DNA of 64,000 nt from Caldisericia bacterium (GTDB taxonomy: Bacteria > Caldisericota > Caldisericia > JAAYUI01): positions 1,504,001 through 1,568,000 of the forward strand of contig OY771555.1 of the NCBI GenBank assembly GCA_963674785.1. The letters are read 5' to 3'. The notes under the pieces are model-generated. The model did not search any database. It worked only from the letters and a program-made list of their open reading frames with translations, and was not told where the DNA came from. Numbering within the stretch: position 1 is the first letter of the stretch; each line of letters starts with the position of its first letter. Shown in pieces: positions 1-10,080 of the stretch. Made by a program: the position numbers and the translations under genes.

Positions 1-1277
1 TCGATTGCGAGATCACCACTTTCAACGTTACCACTGATTACCGAGCCAGCACCAGTGTAGGAATCGTCACCAAGTTCGATTGGAGCAATAAGCATTGTAT
101 CTGAACCTGTGAAAACCCTGTTTCCAATTTTTGTTTTGAATTTATTTTTTCCATCATAGTTACAGGTTATCGTGCCTGCACCAATATTGACATCCTCACC
201 CATTTCTGTGTCACCAATGTAGGAAAGGTGTGGGACTTTCGAGCGTTTTCCAATTTTACTTTTCTTCAGATCGATGAAACAACCGATTTTTGCATCATCA
301 AGTATTTCTGCAGGCGGTCTGATTCTGACAAATGGTCCAACTTTTACATTGTTTGCAATCTGAATTCCCTTATTGTCCCCGATAAGGTGAACGAATGGAC
401 CAATCTCGCAGTCATCACCAATCGTAATTGAACCTGTAAGTATTGTGTTTGGGTGAATAACTGTATCTTGACCTATTGTCACATCTGCTTCAATGTATGT
501 GGATTTTGGGTCAAGGATAGTAACACCGTCTAGGCAGAGATTTTTCAGTCTGAGTTCAAGTAGGTCAGACGAAATCTCGGCAAGTTGCCATTTGTTGTTT
601 ATTCCCCGGTATTCCTCAAGGTTATGAGATTTTACAGCGAGGGTTATTTTTTGTTGTTCATGTAAGATGGAAACAACATCGGTGAGATAATACTCTTTCT
701 GGTCGTTGTCTGGTGAAATTTTTTCGAGCGCCTGCCAGAGATCGTCAATCTTGAAAAGATACACCCCGGTGTTGACCTCGTTGATCATTTTTTCTTCAGA
801 AGAGCAGTCTCTTTCTTCAACAATTTCTTCAATGTTGTTCCAGTTGTCTCTTATGATTCTGCCGTAGCCTTGAGGATCGGGAACTTTTGCAGTCAACATG
901 ACACACGATGGATTCTCTTTTTCCGCAAGCTCGATCATCCTTGCGATTGTGGTTTTTTGAAGGAGTGGAGTGTCACCACAGAGGACAAGAAGATATCCTG
1001 GAACTTTTTCAAAGGTGGTTCTGGATTTGATAACTGCATCACCTGTGCCGAGTTGACTCGGTTGTGGGATGTATTTGTATGAGTCACCAAGAGCTTCCAT
1101 AACCTCGTTTGCACCATGACCCACTACAATACCAATCCTATCAATATCAAGAGCGTGTACAGTGTCAAGAACGTATGATATTATTGGTCTACCAAGGATT
1201 TCATGCATCACCTTTGGCTTCTTCGATTTCATTCGAGTGCCGCTTCCTGCGGCTAGTATCAACGCAGATACTTCCAT
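1..1277 (-). CDS. glmU: Bifunctional UDP-GlcNAc pyrophosphorylase / glucosamine-1-phosphate N-acetyltransferase (3' end runs off the window; absent from ORF track)
   Basis: Reverse strand reads MEVSALILAAGSGTRMKSKKPKVMHEILGRPIISYV...GYGRIIRD...EVNTGVY...EYYLTD...NIGAGTITCNYDG; AAGGAGA SD upstream of ATG at 1277. Confidence 0.95.
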   Translation of the reverse strand, partial: MEVSALILAAGSGTRMKSKKPKVMHEILGRPIISYVLDTVHALDIDRIGIVVGHGANEVMEALGDSYKYIPQPSQLGTGDAVIKSRTTFEKVPGYLLVLCGDTPLLQKTTIARMIELAEKENPSCVMLTAKVPDPQGYGRIIRDNWNNIEEIVEERDCSSEEKMINEVNTGVYLFKIDDLWQALEKISPDNDQKEYYLTDVVSILHEQQKITLAVKSHNLEEYRGINNKWQLAEISSDLLELRLKNLCLDGVTILDPKSTYIEADVTIGQDTVIHPNTILTGSITIGDDCEIGPFVHLIGDNKGIQIANNVKVGPFVRIRPPAEILDDAKIGCFIDLKKSKIGKRSKVPHLSYIGDTEMGEDVNIGAGTITCNYDGKNKFKTKIGNRVFTGSDTMLIAPIELGDDSYTGAGSVISGNVESGDLAI

Positions 1278-1290
1278 TATTCTCCTTGAT

Positions 1291-1364
1291 TGGCTGGGGA
1301 GGAAGGATTCGAACCTTCGGTCACGGCTCCAAAGGCCGTTGCCTTACCGCTTGGCCACTCCCCA
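1291..1364 (-). tRNA. tRNA-Gln (anticodon TTG), CCA encoded
   Basis: Reverse complement TGGGGAGTGGCCAAGCGGTAAGGCAACGGCCTTTGGAGCCGTGACCGAAGGTTCGAATCCTTCCTCCCCAGCCA folds as a cloverleaf; anticodon loop CTTTGGA; T-loop GTTCGAATC. Confidence 0.96.
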
Positions 1365-1482
1365 CAGCTCTAGATTACGTTACCTCAAACAAATTCATGT
1401 TTCAATCAAAAAAATCTTCATATGAAAAATTACCACTATTTAAACCATAAGATTGAGTTATATGTATTATGGGCAGGTGGTC

Positions 1483-4197
1483 ATGAGAAAAATAATCGCA
1501 ATTATACTTGTTATATTGGTTTCTGTGTTTGGTCTTCAGTTTTATAATGCGAAAGCTGAGCTGTATGAATGGGCTCAACTCGGTGGAAACTCAATGAGAG
1601 AAGGCCGAGTTGAAGTTATGCCAGATTACGCAGAGCTAGAAGTTGTTTGGGAAAATGACATAAGGTGGGCTGAAGATGATTCTCCTTTGATGATTAAAGG
1701 TTCTCCGGTTTTTGATGGGGAGACGGTCTATATACCATCAGGGAGCATTTCGAAAAATAGGGGATTGATTGTAAAAGTTAACAAAGAAACTGGCAACGTG
1801 TCAACCTTTTTAAGCTCTGAGGCTCCATTTTTGAGTACTCCCCTGATTCACAATAACCATCTTTTAGCTACTTCGGGGTCATACATCTATGATCAAGAAT
1901 TAGATGGAAAAACGAACAGATCCATACTTCTAGCTCCTGATAAGGTTGGTTTGGCAACTGAATCCGCAGCACTTTTTAATGGAACTTATGCATATTTTGC
2001 CTGCTCGAGTTCCGACAAAAATCTTATCTGTGTTGAAGAATCAAATGGTTCAAGAATCTGGCAGGCTGATATTGTTGCGAATATAAACTCGGATATTTGC
2101 TCTGCATTGGGTTTTATCTTTGCCCCAGCTGAGGATGAAAAGCTCTATGCGGTTGATGAATACACCGGTGAAGTTAAGTGGGTAAAGGAAGTTTCTGGTG
2201 GATTCTCAGCCTCACCAATCGTTTTAAGTTCCGAACTTATCGTCCCTGTGAGTGGATATGGGATCAGAGTCTTTGGTTCCGATGAAGGTGAGGTCTTATG
2301 GCAAAAACAGATGGAAAATGTTTCTGTGATCCCTTCAACAGATGGAAGACTGATTTTTCTCGGTTGCCAGGATGGTTCGTTCCACGCAATCAATTCAGAT
2401 ACCAGAGATTTTGAGTGGTCGATTCAAACTGAATCGAAAATAACGTGCGCTCCTGTTTATGGTGCGGGTGTCGTTTGTTTTGGTAATGAGAATGGAGAGT
2501 TTCTATTTGTTGATTCAGATACTGGAGAGATTCTTAGAAAGTTTGAATTTTCAGCCATTCCAACTGCACAACCCCTTGTTCTAAATGAGAGAGTTATTAT
2601 TCCTTTCAGCAGTGGACATATCGTCTGTTTGGGTTATGATCTGGAAGATGTGATACCTGACCCCGAACCAGAACCCGAGCCTGAACCAGAACCTGAGATA
2701 AGTCCATCGACACTTAAGATAATTGCCACCGATACTGTAACACTTGATACAGAAATAGAAATTGCAATTGATGTTGTAGACGCTGAGTCTCTTTATGCAA
2801 GTGAATTCTATTTTGAATACGATTCCAGAAAAATTGATTATGTTTCCGCTAGATCTGGAAGCTTTTTTTCGTCTGTAAATGATGAACCAATAATCGAAGT
2901 GAATCCAAGTAATGGTGAAGTAAAAGTTCTCATTCAAAAACAAAATCAAATCAATTGTCCTTCAGGAAATGGAAGATTGCTTTCATTTCATTTTGTCCCT
3001 AGGGAGATCGGAAATTTTAATTTCACAATTCTGGATGCAGTGCACACAAGATGTGATGGAAAAACATATGAGCCATATATAAAGACCGCATCAATAGAGG
3101 TTATCGATCCCTTTGTGCCTGAAGTTGAGTTTATATTGACACCAAAGTCAATTGAGCTTGGTGAAATCTCAAAGCCAGTTTCAGAGTGGATAACCTTGAC
3201 TCAAAAAAATGGCGATATCGAAGAATATGTGATAAGAAGTTCCGATGAAAGATTCTTTGATGAGTATGAAGAAAACAAGATTGTTGGTAGTATTGCTGGG
3301 AATGATTATATTGAGGTTGAGGTAATAACTGATCCATCTAAATTTGAACCAGGAAGAAGATTTCATGTCGTTATTTCGGTCAATGTAGCTGGGAAAACCC
3401 TCAATTGCGATATTTTCTTTTCTACACCTCCAGTGGAAGAACCTGAACCAGAGCCTGAGCCCGAACCAGAACCTGAGCCGGAAGAGCCACCACCTTGTAT
3501 CAATGTTGAACCGGGGAATCTTGATTTTGGATTTGTACCTCGAGGCCGAGAGATTTCAATTGATTTTGAACTAAATTTTGAAACCGATGGTGAAATCTCA
3601 GGAGTTATAACAACTGATAAAAATTGGCTGAGAGTCACTCCTGCAACATTTAAAACAAGAAGCAACAAAGTCAGCGGAATTGTAACAATTTCGGCTTCAG
3701 AACTTCCTGGTGGAAGCAACTTCGTTGGACATCTTGTGATTTCTTCTAATGATAATGTTTGCCAGCAGGTAACTGTTGAGGCAAAGGTTGAGACACAACC
3801 GTCGATTATTCTTGAGATGGACATTGGAATCCCAAAAGCGACTATTGGATCTTTATCAGTTGGGTTGGATCAACCTCCAATTATAAGAAATGACAGAACG
3901 CTTGTCCCGATAAGGTTTGTCTCGGAGTCTTTTGGTTCAAGAGTGCAATGGGAAGCCTCAACAAAAAAGATAACAATCACAAGATTTGCTGATACAATTG
4001 TTCTCTGGGTTGGCAAAAAAACCGCGATAATAAATGGAAATCGAGTTACACTTGATGTCGAACCATCAATTGAAAACGGAAGCACAATTGTTCCGATTAG
4101 ATTTATTTCAGAATCATTTGGAGCAGAGGTTGAATGGTTTCACGAGACTAAGCATATCAAAATAACCTATGTCCCGCCTGCTGACTTCAAGCCTTAG
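1483..4197 (+). CDS. Secreted multidomain protein: PQQ-like beta-propeller, cohesin-like domain, Ig/BACON-like domains, C-terminal copper amine oxidase N-terminal-like (stalk) domain
   Basis: Signal peptide MRKIIAIILVILV; repeated LYAVDxxTGEVKW-type blades; LYASEFYFEYDSRKIDY...SGNGRLLSFHF cohesin-like motif; RTLVPIRFVSESFG and STIVPIRFISESFG repeats; ATG 1483 follows AGGTGG. Confidence 0.8.
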   Translation: MRKIIAIILVILVSVFGLQFYNAKAELYEWAQLGGNSMREGRVEVMPDYAELEVVWENDIRWAEDDSPLMIKGSPVFDGETVYIPSGSISKNRGLIVKVNKETGNVSTFLSSEAPFLSTPLIHNNHLLATSGSYIYDQELDGKTNRSILLAPDKVGLATESAALFNGTYAYFACSSSDKNLICVEESNGSRIWQADIVANINSDICSALGFIFAPAEDEKLYAVDEYTGEVKWVKEVSGGFSASPIVLSSELIVPVSGYGIRVFGSDEGEVLWQKQMENVSVIPSTDGRLIFLGCQDGSFHAINSDTRDFEWSIQTESKITCAPVYGAGVVCFGNENGEFLFVDSDTGEILRKFEFSAIPTAQPLVLNERVIIPFSSGHIVCLGYDLEDVIPDPEPEPEPEPEPEISPSTLKIIATDTVTLDTEIEIAIDVVDAESLYASEFYFEYDSRKIDYVSARSGSFFSSVNDEPIIEVNPSNGEVKVLIQKQNQINCPSGNGRLLSFHFVPREIGNFNFTILDAVHTRCDGKTYEPYIKTASIEVIDPFVPEVEFILTPKSIELGEISKPVSEWITLTQKNGDIEEYVIRSSDERFFDEYEENKIVGSIAGNDYIEVEVITDPSKFEPGRRFHVVISVNVAGKTLNCDIFFSTPPVEEPEPEPEPEPEPEPEEPPPCINVEPGNLDFGFVPRGREISIDFELNFETDGEISGVITTDKNWLRVTPATFKTRSNKVSGIVTISASELPGGSNFVGHLVISSNDNVCQQVTVEAKVETQPSIILEMDIGIPKATIGSLSVGLDQPPIIRNDRTLVPIRFVSESFGSRVQWEASTKKITITRFADTIVLWVGKKTAIINGNRVTLDVEPSIENGSTIVPIRFISESFGAEVEWFHETKHIKITYVPPADFKP
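2658..2697 (+). repeat. (Pro-Glu)n linker repeat
   Basis: PDPEPEPEPEPEPE encoded with mixed codons. Confidence 0.9.
3436..3495 (+). repeat. (Pro-Glu)n linker repeat
   Basis: EEPEPEPEPEPEPEPEEPPP encoded with mixed codons. Confidence 0.9.
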
Positions 4198-4199
4198 TT

Positions 4200-4613
4200 T
4201 TAGGCTTGCTTCTTTTTGTATTTTAGTCTCTCAAAAAGACTTATTGATAATCTCTCATTGTAGTTGGCGACAGTTGCTTTAAATGTCATAAGGTCATATG
4301 TTGATCGTACCAGATTTGGCATCAGCAACAGGAAACTTAGCGAACTTAATATCAGACTGACTCCGAGATAATTTTTGAGAAAAAAGAATCCGCCAACCGC
4401 TAGAATAAATAGCGTGAGATAAACAAATGAGCAGTTGTCTTTCATGTAGAATCTCTGACCACAAAAAACTCCAAGTAGAAGTATAAAAACAAAGTTTACG
4501 TATGGATTTCTTCTGTTCTTGTAGAATTCTTTTAGAAATGAGTACTTCTTATCCGCACTCCATGTTCTTGTGCATTCATTGATAAGTTCGGTTTCTGTTT
4601 TATATCTGCCCAT
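4200..4613 (-). CDS. TM2-domain-like membrane protein
   Basis: RRNPYVNFVFILLLGVFCGQRFYM matches the TM2 pattern (LG.fG.hRFY); ends in DLMTFKATVANYN. Confidence 0.7.
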   Translation of the reverse strand: MGRYKTETELINECTRTWSADKKYSFLKEFYKNRRNPYVNFVFILLLGVFCGQRFYMKDNCSFVYLTLFILAVGGFFFLKNYLGVSLILSSLSFLLLMPNLVRSTYDLMTFKATVANYNERLSISLFERLKYKKKQA

Positions 4614-4615
4614 TT

Positions 4616-5758
4616 TTACTCTTGAATTGTTTCGTCAGGTTCAAAACAATATAATGAGCCATCATTTGAGCCGATTACAACATATTTTCCAAATCCAGCA
4701 GCAGATGACCAAATCCTATCATTTGTTTTGTAGTTCCAAAGTTTCTCACCCGTTTTTAAATCAACACAGTAAACAAATCCATCTGTGGCACCAAAGAAAA
4801 CAAGAGAGTTGGTTATTAGTGGAGAGTTATTTATGGGTTGCCATAACCCTGTATCAAAAACCCATTTCTCCTCGCCTGTCTGCTGGCTTAGGCAGTAGAG
4901 GTATCCATCATTTGCTGGGATGATTGCGTATTTTGGTGAAAGACCGGCTGATGATTGAATCTCTGCTCCAGTCATATATTTCCATATTAGCTTACCTTTT
5001 TCTGCATCTATGCAGTAAAAGTGTTTATCGTATGATCCAAAATATATCTTGTTGTCCTTTATTGCCGGTGTTGAAACAATCGCGCCTTCAGTTTTAAATT
5101 TCCAGATCAACTCTCCGCTGTCTTTGTCGAGGCAGTACAGATTTGAGTCGTTGCTTCCAAAGTACACTCTTTCACCAAAAACAGACACACATGAATTGAC
5201 TGATGCATCTGTTTTATATCTCCATAATTCGGCACCACTGTCTATATCGAAACAATACACATATTTATTTCTACATCCTACATAGACGCTGTTTTCAAAT
5301 ATTGTTGGTGCAGTAAGTGTTGTATTTATTGCCACCGCCCAGATTGATTTTCCCGTGTCGACATCAATACAGTTTAGGACTCCTGGCTCAACCGGTGCTA
5401 TCAGTCTCTTGGATTTTGGGTCAATTGCTGCAGATTTGATTATATCTTCTGTTTCAAATAGCCATTTGATGTTGCCGCTTTCGATGTTTATTGCATGGAG
5501 AACTCTCCCAAATGACCCAAAATAAACGAGTGTTTCTTTTCCGTCATTTCTGATTATTGGTGAGCTTTCCCCCGCAGCACCTGTTGTTGTCTTCCATTTC
5601 AGTTTCAGGTTTGAAGTTATTTCGCTTCCATCGATATAGCGTTGGTGCATTTCGTTGAAACCGAACATATCCCAGTTTTCAGGAGTTGGCTGCTTTCCAG
5701 CTTGACATCCAACCAAAAGAGCGATGATTATTCCTGAAACAATTATTATTCTCTTCAT
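4616..5758 (-). CDS. Lipoprotein with PQQ-like (BamB-like) beta-propeller
   Basis: Lipobox LLVGC; about 8 blades of VYFGSxDxxLYCLDxxTGxxxWKFKT; ATG 5758 preferred over TTG 5797. Confidence 0.85.
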   Translation of the reverse strand: MKRIIIVSGIIIALLVGCQAGKQPTPENWDMFGFNEMHQRYIDGSEITSNLKLKWKTTTGAAGESSPIIRNDGKETLVYFGSFGRVLHAINIESGNIKWLFETEDIIKSAAIDPKSKRLIAPVEPGVLNCIDVDTGKSIWAVAINTTLTAPTIFENSVYVGCRNKYVYCFDIDSGAELWRYKTDASVNSCVSVFGERVYFGSNDSNLYCLDKDSGELIWKFKTEGAIVSTPAIKDNKIYFGSYDKHFYCIDAEKGKLIWKYMTGAEIQSSAGLSPKYAIIPANDGYLYCLSQQTGEEKWVFDTGLWQPINNSPLITNSLVFFGATDGFVYCVDLKTGEKLWNYKTNDRIWSSAAGFGKYVVIGSNDGSLYCFEPDETIQE

Positions 5759-5801
5759 ATTAAGTCTTATAGTATTGAACTTTTGAAAAATCTTCAAGAG
5801 A

Positions 5802-5833
5802 AATAAAAAAAGGCTGGCTCAATTGAGCCAGCC
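5802..5833 (-). terminator. Intrinsic terminator of the Cys-rich repeat gene
   Basis: GGCTGGCTC-AATT-GAGCCAGCC hairpin followed by a T-tract on the minus strand. Confidence 0.85.
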
Positions 5834-5853
5834 AAAATGGTAGGAAGCAGAAA

Positions 5854-8800
5854 TTAATTACACGGTGTTACTTTAACGATCTCAACCTCTTTGATGATGC
5901 CTGTTGTATATATCATTCCTCTGAAAGTAAGACAATCGCCAGCATTAACTGATGAACAATCAAAATATGGTGGATAGTAGAATTTGTAATGTGTTGGGCC
6001 GTATGTTACTTCCATATATCCCTCATCACAATATGTATTGACAACCGTGCATCCAAGTAAACTCAATTGTCCGCAATCTCTTTTTTCAACATTTGCAGCT
6101 CTTATGTTTCTTCCATTCAATGTCCCCTTGACCTTGATACATTGATAAATGTAAAAAATCTCTGGGTTACAGTCGAAACCTTCTGGAAGATAGACGTTAT
6201 AGAGATAACCTCTGTATGTTGCTACAAAATATGGCATTCTTGTATCACAGTGTCTCTCATAAATGATCATGTCAAATTCTTTGGAGTCTTCATTTCCTCC
6301 ACCACAAGGACAACCCACTTTTTCCATTGAGGCGACTTTGAAGCCCGTTGCGCCAGTCGTTTCATCAAAAAACCAGCTTCCATGAACTTCCCAGCATTCT
6401 CCTTGCATCATTGTTTCGCATTCGTAAGAATCATCGAAGTAAAGCACAATACTTTCATCATTTGGTCTTCTTGCGTAAACCCTTGGCATATCACCATGGC
6501 ACGCAGGGTCTTCGACAGTAACGCAAAGTGTGATTTCTTCGCTAAGACATGGGCAATCAACTCTTTCGATATAGGTAATTTTTATTCCCTCGATACCGTC
6601 GACACCCACGGCGGGTTCACCACAAATTGTCCAACAAGAGCCTTCCTCAAGTTTTTCACAGTCAATATCAGCATTATCGGTGTAAACTACCCATTTTCGA
6701 CCCTTTTCACCTCTTACATAAACGAAAGGTGTTTTTGAATCACAATTAGCCTTGATTACTGTTGCACAGATACAGATTTCCTTTTCTGGGTCGTTATCTC
6801 CACAAGGGCAATCTACTTGATCTATATATTCAACTCTTAACCCCTTATACTCTGCTTCTTCGTCTTCGGTTGTGTAACCACAGACATACCAGCATGTGCC
6901 ACTGGTCATCTTTTCGCAGATACCATCGTGATTTTTATCCAGAAGGATCAGCCAGCTATTTCCGTTTGAATCCTTTACGTAAACTTTGCCGATGTCTCCC
7001 TCACAGTTTGATTTGACAACCTCAACACAAACACAATGCTTTCTAGAATTGCATTCTGCTGGATCAATTTTCTTCATCCATAAAATTGTATTCTCTCCAT
7101 TTTCGCCTTTTACTATGCAGGCCAGAACACAATCACCAATTTCAAATCCGTTACATACTCTTGCATTATCAGATAAAAACTCGACCTCGTCTCCAAGAAC
7201 TTCAAGAATTATCTTGTCATCTTCCTTGCAACCTAGGTATTTTATAACTCCTTTTAAGTGCACATCGCATTCACCCTCACCACATGGACACTCTACCTGT
7301 TCACCCCATGTGACTTTGATAACTTTATTGTTACCAACAAAACCTGCTGCGTTTCCACAAACACTCCAGCATGTACCGATTTTCATCGCTCCACACATGT
7401 TGTCGTTTTCGGGGTAAAGAACCCACATCATCCCATTTTCATCTTTTCCATAAACCATTGGCACATCGCCATCACATGCAGTTCTTACTATCTCTACGCA
7501 TGTGCATATCTCGTTTTCTGGAACACATGGGCAATCAACTGGTTCAGCGTTAATATCTCTAAGAACTCTGAAGTTTCCCTGTGAGTTTCCATAATGATTT
7601 CCACAGAGCTGCCAACAAGTTCCAATTTCCATCTCTTTGCATACATCGGGGTCATCTAAAACAAGCACCCACTTGTTACCATTTTCATCGCTTCCGTAAA
7701 CCATTGGTTGATCGGAGTCACATGCAGTTCTTTCAACTGTGAAGCACATGCAGACTTCTTTGATGGCTGGTCCACCGCAGGGGCATTCAACCTTTTCCAT
7801 GGTTGCTACATCTAACCTTCTAAGGTTGGTTGCAGCAGTTGCTGTAGGTGCAATCACTGTTCCGCAAACCTTCCAGCAATCACCGACTTCCATGTTTGTA
7901 AGGTCAATATCTGCGGATGATGTTGTGAGTGTCCATGCTCCTCCAGTTGCGTCTACACCCGTTACGCCGTTTGGAGTTACTTCTTTGATCGTCAAACATA
8001 TACAGAAAAGACGTGCCTTACATGGGCATTCAGCTTCAGCGATCTTTTCAACCTCCATCTTTTTTGTGAGCGAATCGTTTGTTGAGGTCGGTGGAATAAT
8101 TTCTCCACAAACATTCCAGCATCCACCTTCACTCATTTTGGTCAGATGGTCTGGATCTTTAAATGTTAATACCCACATGTTTCCATCAGCGTCTTCTGCA
8201 TAAATACTATCGTTAGTTGGGTCTACAACCTCAACACAGATACATGGCATTGGCTCTGCTACTCCGCCACATGGGCATTCTACAGGTCTGAGCTCAATAT
8301 CTTCAACGTTTATTGTTGATGTATCTGTTCTGGATATTTTTCCACAAACTTCCCAGCATGTTCCAATACCACCAGCCTCAGAAATCTTGGCACAGATATA
8401 GTATGGGACAGGGATTGTCACAATCATTCCGTTGTTACCCAACTTTGCAAGAATAAATGGTTGATCAACATCACAATTGATTCTTATTATCTCGATACAG
8501 ATGCAATCTTTTTCTGTTTCTTCCCCACAACAATCATCCATATCTGGGTGTGGTTCCCAATACTGAATAATTCCATTCAAGACACATATCATCGCACAAC
8601 CTTCATACTCTGAAAGATTGTAGTTTCTGTATGTTAGATCTGATTCGGCGTGGTATGTTTCATATGTTTCATCGCACTTTTTGAATTTGACTTCCCATTT
8701 CTCTGTCATTGTATCGAAGATTGTGTACATAATCTCGCCTTCCATCTCGATACATTTTGGCTCGATTACCTCATCACAACATGGTTCCTCTGCAACTTTC

Positions 8801-9840
8801 CATTTCTGGATTATTCCCTCTGAAATACAAACCTCTACACAAAGCCCTATTGCATCAGAGATATAATACTTACCTGTTTCATCTGGGTTGTCTCCCCTTG
8901 CGTAGAAGATGTGCAGGTTGCCACCGCAATCCTCAATTTCAACCTCATAGTGTGGAAGTGTTGCATGAGTTAGTTCAGTTGAACCTTCATTATAGATTGA
9001 ATTTATAATTTTTCCTCTAACCCATTCACATTCGTCACATTCAGGGTCATCAAACCTGAGTTCAACGATTTTTGTATCTCCATACCATTTAATATCGTTT
9101 GGACCCGTTGCACCAAGGTTTTCTGCAACAAATCTCATTGGACAAAGTGTTCTGCCTTCAGATATAAAGGGGACTACCTCTGGGTTATTTGGGTCAATCT
9201 GTATGACCTGACCATTCACCTTTGCATCTTTATTTCCAATCTGCAATTCAATCGTTGTTCCGTCAGCTGTTTTTACAATAACCGTTTTTGTTGCTGCATC
9301 CCAGTCAATTGTTGTTCCTGGGATTTCTTGTGTAACGTATCTCACAACAAGGAAAAGTCTTGCATTAACGTTGACAGGAGGTGTATCCATTGGACCTTTT
9401 TCAACATCGTTGACCCAATACTGCACATTATCCTGTTGATATTTGAGAACTAATTTACAGTCATCATCATCATAACATCTCGGAGTTGCACATCCTTCGA
9501 TTGTTGTTGCAAACTCCTCAGCATCACTGTTTACAGCTTTTACAAAGTAGCAGTAGAGTGTGCCGTTCTCAATGTTAATGGTATCTTTAAACTCAGTCTC
9601 AGATATTGGGAAATCTGTCAGGGGTGTTGAAAACTCCTGGCCAGGACCATATCCTCTGTAAATCCAATAATGGGCTGCACCGGGGATGGCATCCCATTCT
9701 AACATGTTGTAACCACAACCTGGGGTTACTGTGAGGTTGTATGCCCCACCTGCATTTGCGTAGTTTACGATTGGGGCTACACTAACAATCATAAACGCAA
9801 TCAATACCAACGATAAAATCTTTGATGTAAATCTTCTCAT
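5854..9840 (-). CDS. Secreted protein: FN3-like domain, copper amine oxidase N-terminal-like domain, 13 tandem Cys-rich OB-fold-like repeats
   Basis: Signal peptide; WDAIPGAAHYWIYR...YCYFVKAVN (FN3-like); GRTLCPMRFVAENLG; about 80-aa repeats CxC...C...C...GxCWxVCG...CPC; ATG 9840 lies 11 nt after AAGGAG (alternative TTG 9849). Confidence 0.8.
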   Translation of the reverse strand: MRRFTSKILSLVLIAFMIVSVAPIVNYANAGGAYNLTVTPGCGYNMLEWDAIPGAAHYWIYRGYGPGQEFSTPLTDFPISETEFKDTINIENGTLYCYFVKAVNSDAEEFATTIEGCATPRCYDDDDCKLVLKYQQDNVQYWVNDVEKGPMDTPPVNVNARLFLVVRYVTQEIPGTTIDWDAATKTVIVKTADGTTIELQIGNKDAKVNGQVIQIDPNNPEVVPFISEGRTLCPMRFVAENLGATGPNDIKWYGDTKIVELRFDDPECDECEWVRGKIINSIYNEGSTELTHATLPHYEVEIEDCGGNLHIFYARGDNPDETGKYYISDAIGLCVEVCISEGIIQKWKVAEEPCCDEVIEPKCIEMEGEIMYTIFDTMTEKWEVKFKKCDETYETYHAESDLTYRNYNLSEYEGCAMICVLNGIIQYWEPHPDMDDCCGEETEKDCICIEIIRINCDVDQPFILAKLGNNGMIVTIPVPYYICAKISEAGGIGTCWEVCGKISRTDTSTINVEDIELRPVECPCGGVAEPMPCICVEVVDPTNDSIYAEDADGNMWVLTFKDPDHLTKMSEGGCWNVCGEIIPPTSTNDSLTKKMEVEKIAEAECPCKARLFCICLTIKEVTPNGVTGVDATGGAWTLTTSSADIDLTNMEVGDCWKVCGTVIAPTATAATNLRRLDVATMEKVECPCGGPAIKEVCMCFTVERTACDSDQPMVYGSDENGNKWVLVLDDPDVCKEMEIGTCWQLCGNHYGNSQGNFRVLRDINAEPVDCPCVPENEICTCVEIVRTACDGDVPMVYGKDENGMMWVLYPENDNMCGAMKIGTCWSVCGNAAGFVGNNKVIKVTWGEQVECPCGEGECDVHLKGVIKYLGCKEDDKIILEVLGDEVEFLSDNARVCNGFEIGDCVLACIVKGENGENTILWMKKIDPAECNSRKHCVCVEVVKSNCEGDIGKVYVKDSNGNSWLILLDKNHDGICEKMTSGTCWYVCGYTTEDEEAEYKGLRVEYIDQVDCPCGDNDPEKEICICATVIKANCDSKTPFVYVRGEKGRKWVVYTDNADIDCEKLEEGSCWTICGEPAVGVDGIEGIKITYIERVDCPCLSEEITLCVTVEDPACHGDMPRVYARRPNDESIVLYFDDSYECETMMQGECWEVHGSWFFDETTGATGFKVASMEKVGCPCGGGNEDSKEFDMIIYERHCDTRMPYFVATYRGYLYNVYLPEGFDCNPEIFYIYQCIKVKGTLNGRNIRAANVEKRDCGQLSLLGCTVVNTYCDEGYMEVTYGPTHYKFYYPPYFDCSSVNAGDCLTFRGMIYTTGIIKEVEIVKVTPCN

Positions 9841-10016
9841 ACTTCTCAAAACTCCTTTCGGGGTGTTCTTTGATAATACTATATCACAAAGTCAATAGAA
9901 ATGTGACCTGACTAGTTGATAAGTTTGAAACATTTTGCTATTATTTAATAATCAAAGTTTGGAAGGGGGTGTAGATGTAAAAATATCGAAAGCTAATTTC
10001 AGTTAACAAATGGATG

Positions 10017-10049
10017 TTGACAAAAAAAACCCAATAACTATAATTATTG
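10017..10049 (+). promoter_or_regulatory. Sigma70-type promoter with overlapping inverted repeat (candidate Fur/PerR-family operator)
   Basis: TTGACA (10017)-16 nt-TATAAT (10039); CAATAA-N6-TTATTG dyad at 10032-10049. Confidence 0.7.
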
Positions 10050-10080
10050 CAACTGAATCCGAATAAGGAGAAAGAGAAAA

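Noticed and set aside
228-1450. Several short + strand ORFs
   Set aside because: Antisense shadows of glmU and tRNA-Gln
2658-3495. Short tandem repeats as a CRISPR array or phase-variable tract
   Set aside because: In-frame, synonymously varied Pro-Glu linker codons with no spacers
5854-9840. Multiheme cytochrome or Fe-S polyferredoxin
   Set aside because: No CxxCH or CxxCxxC motifs; pairwise Cys loss fits disulfides better
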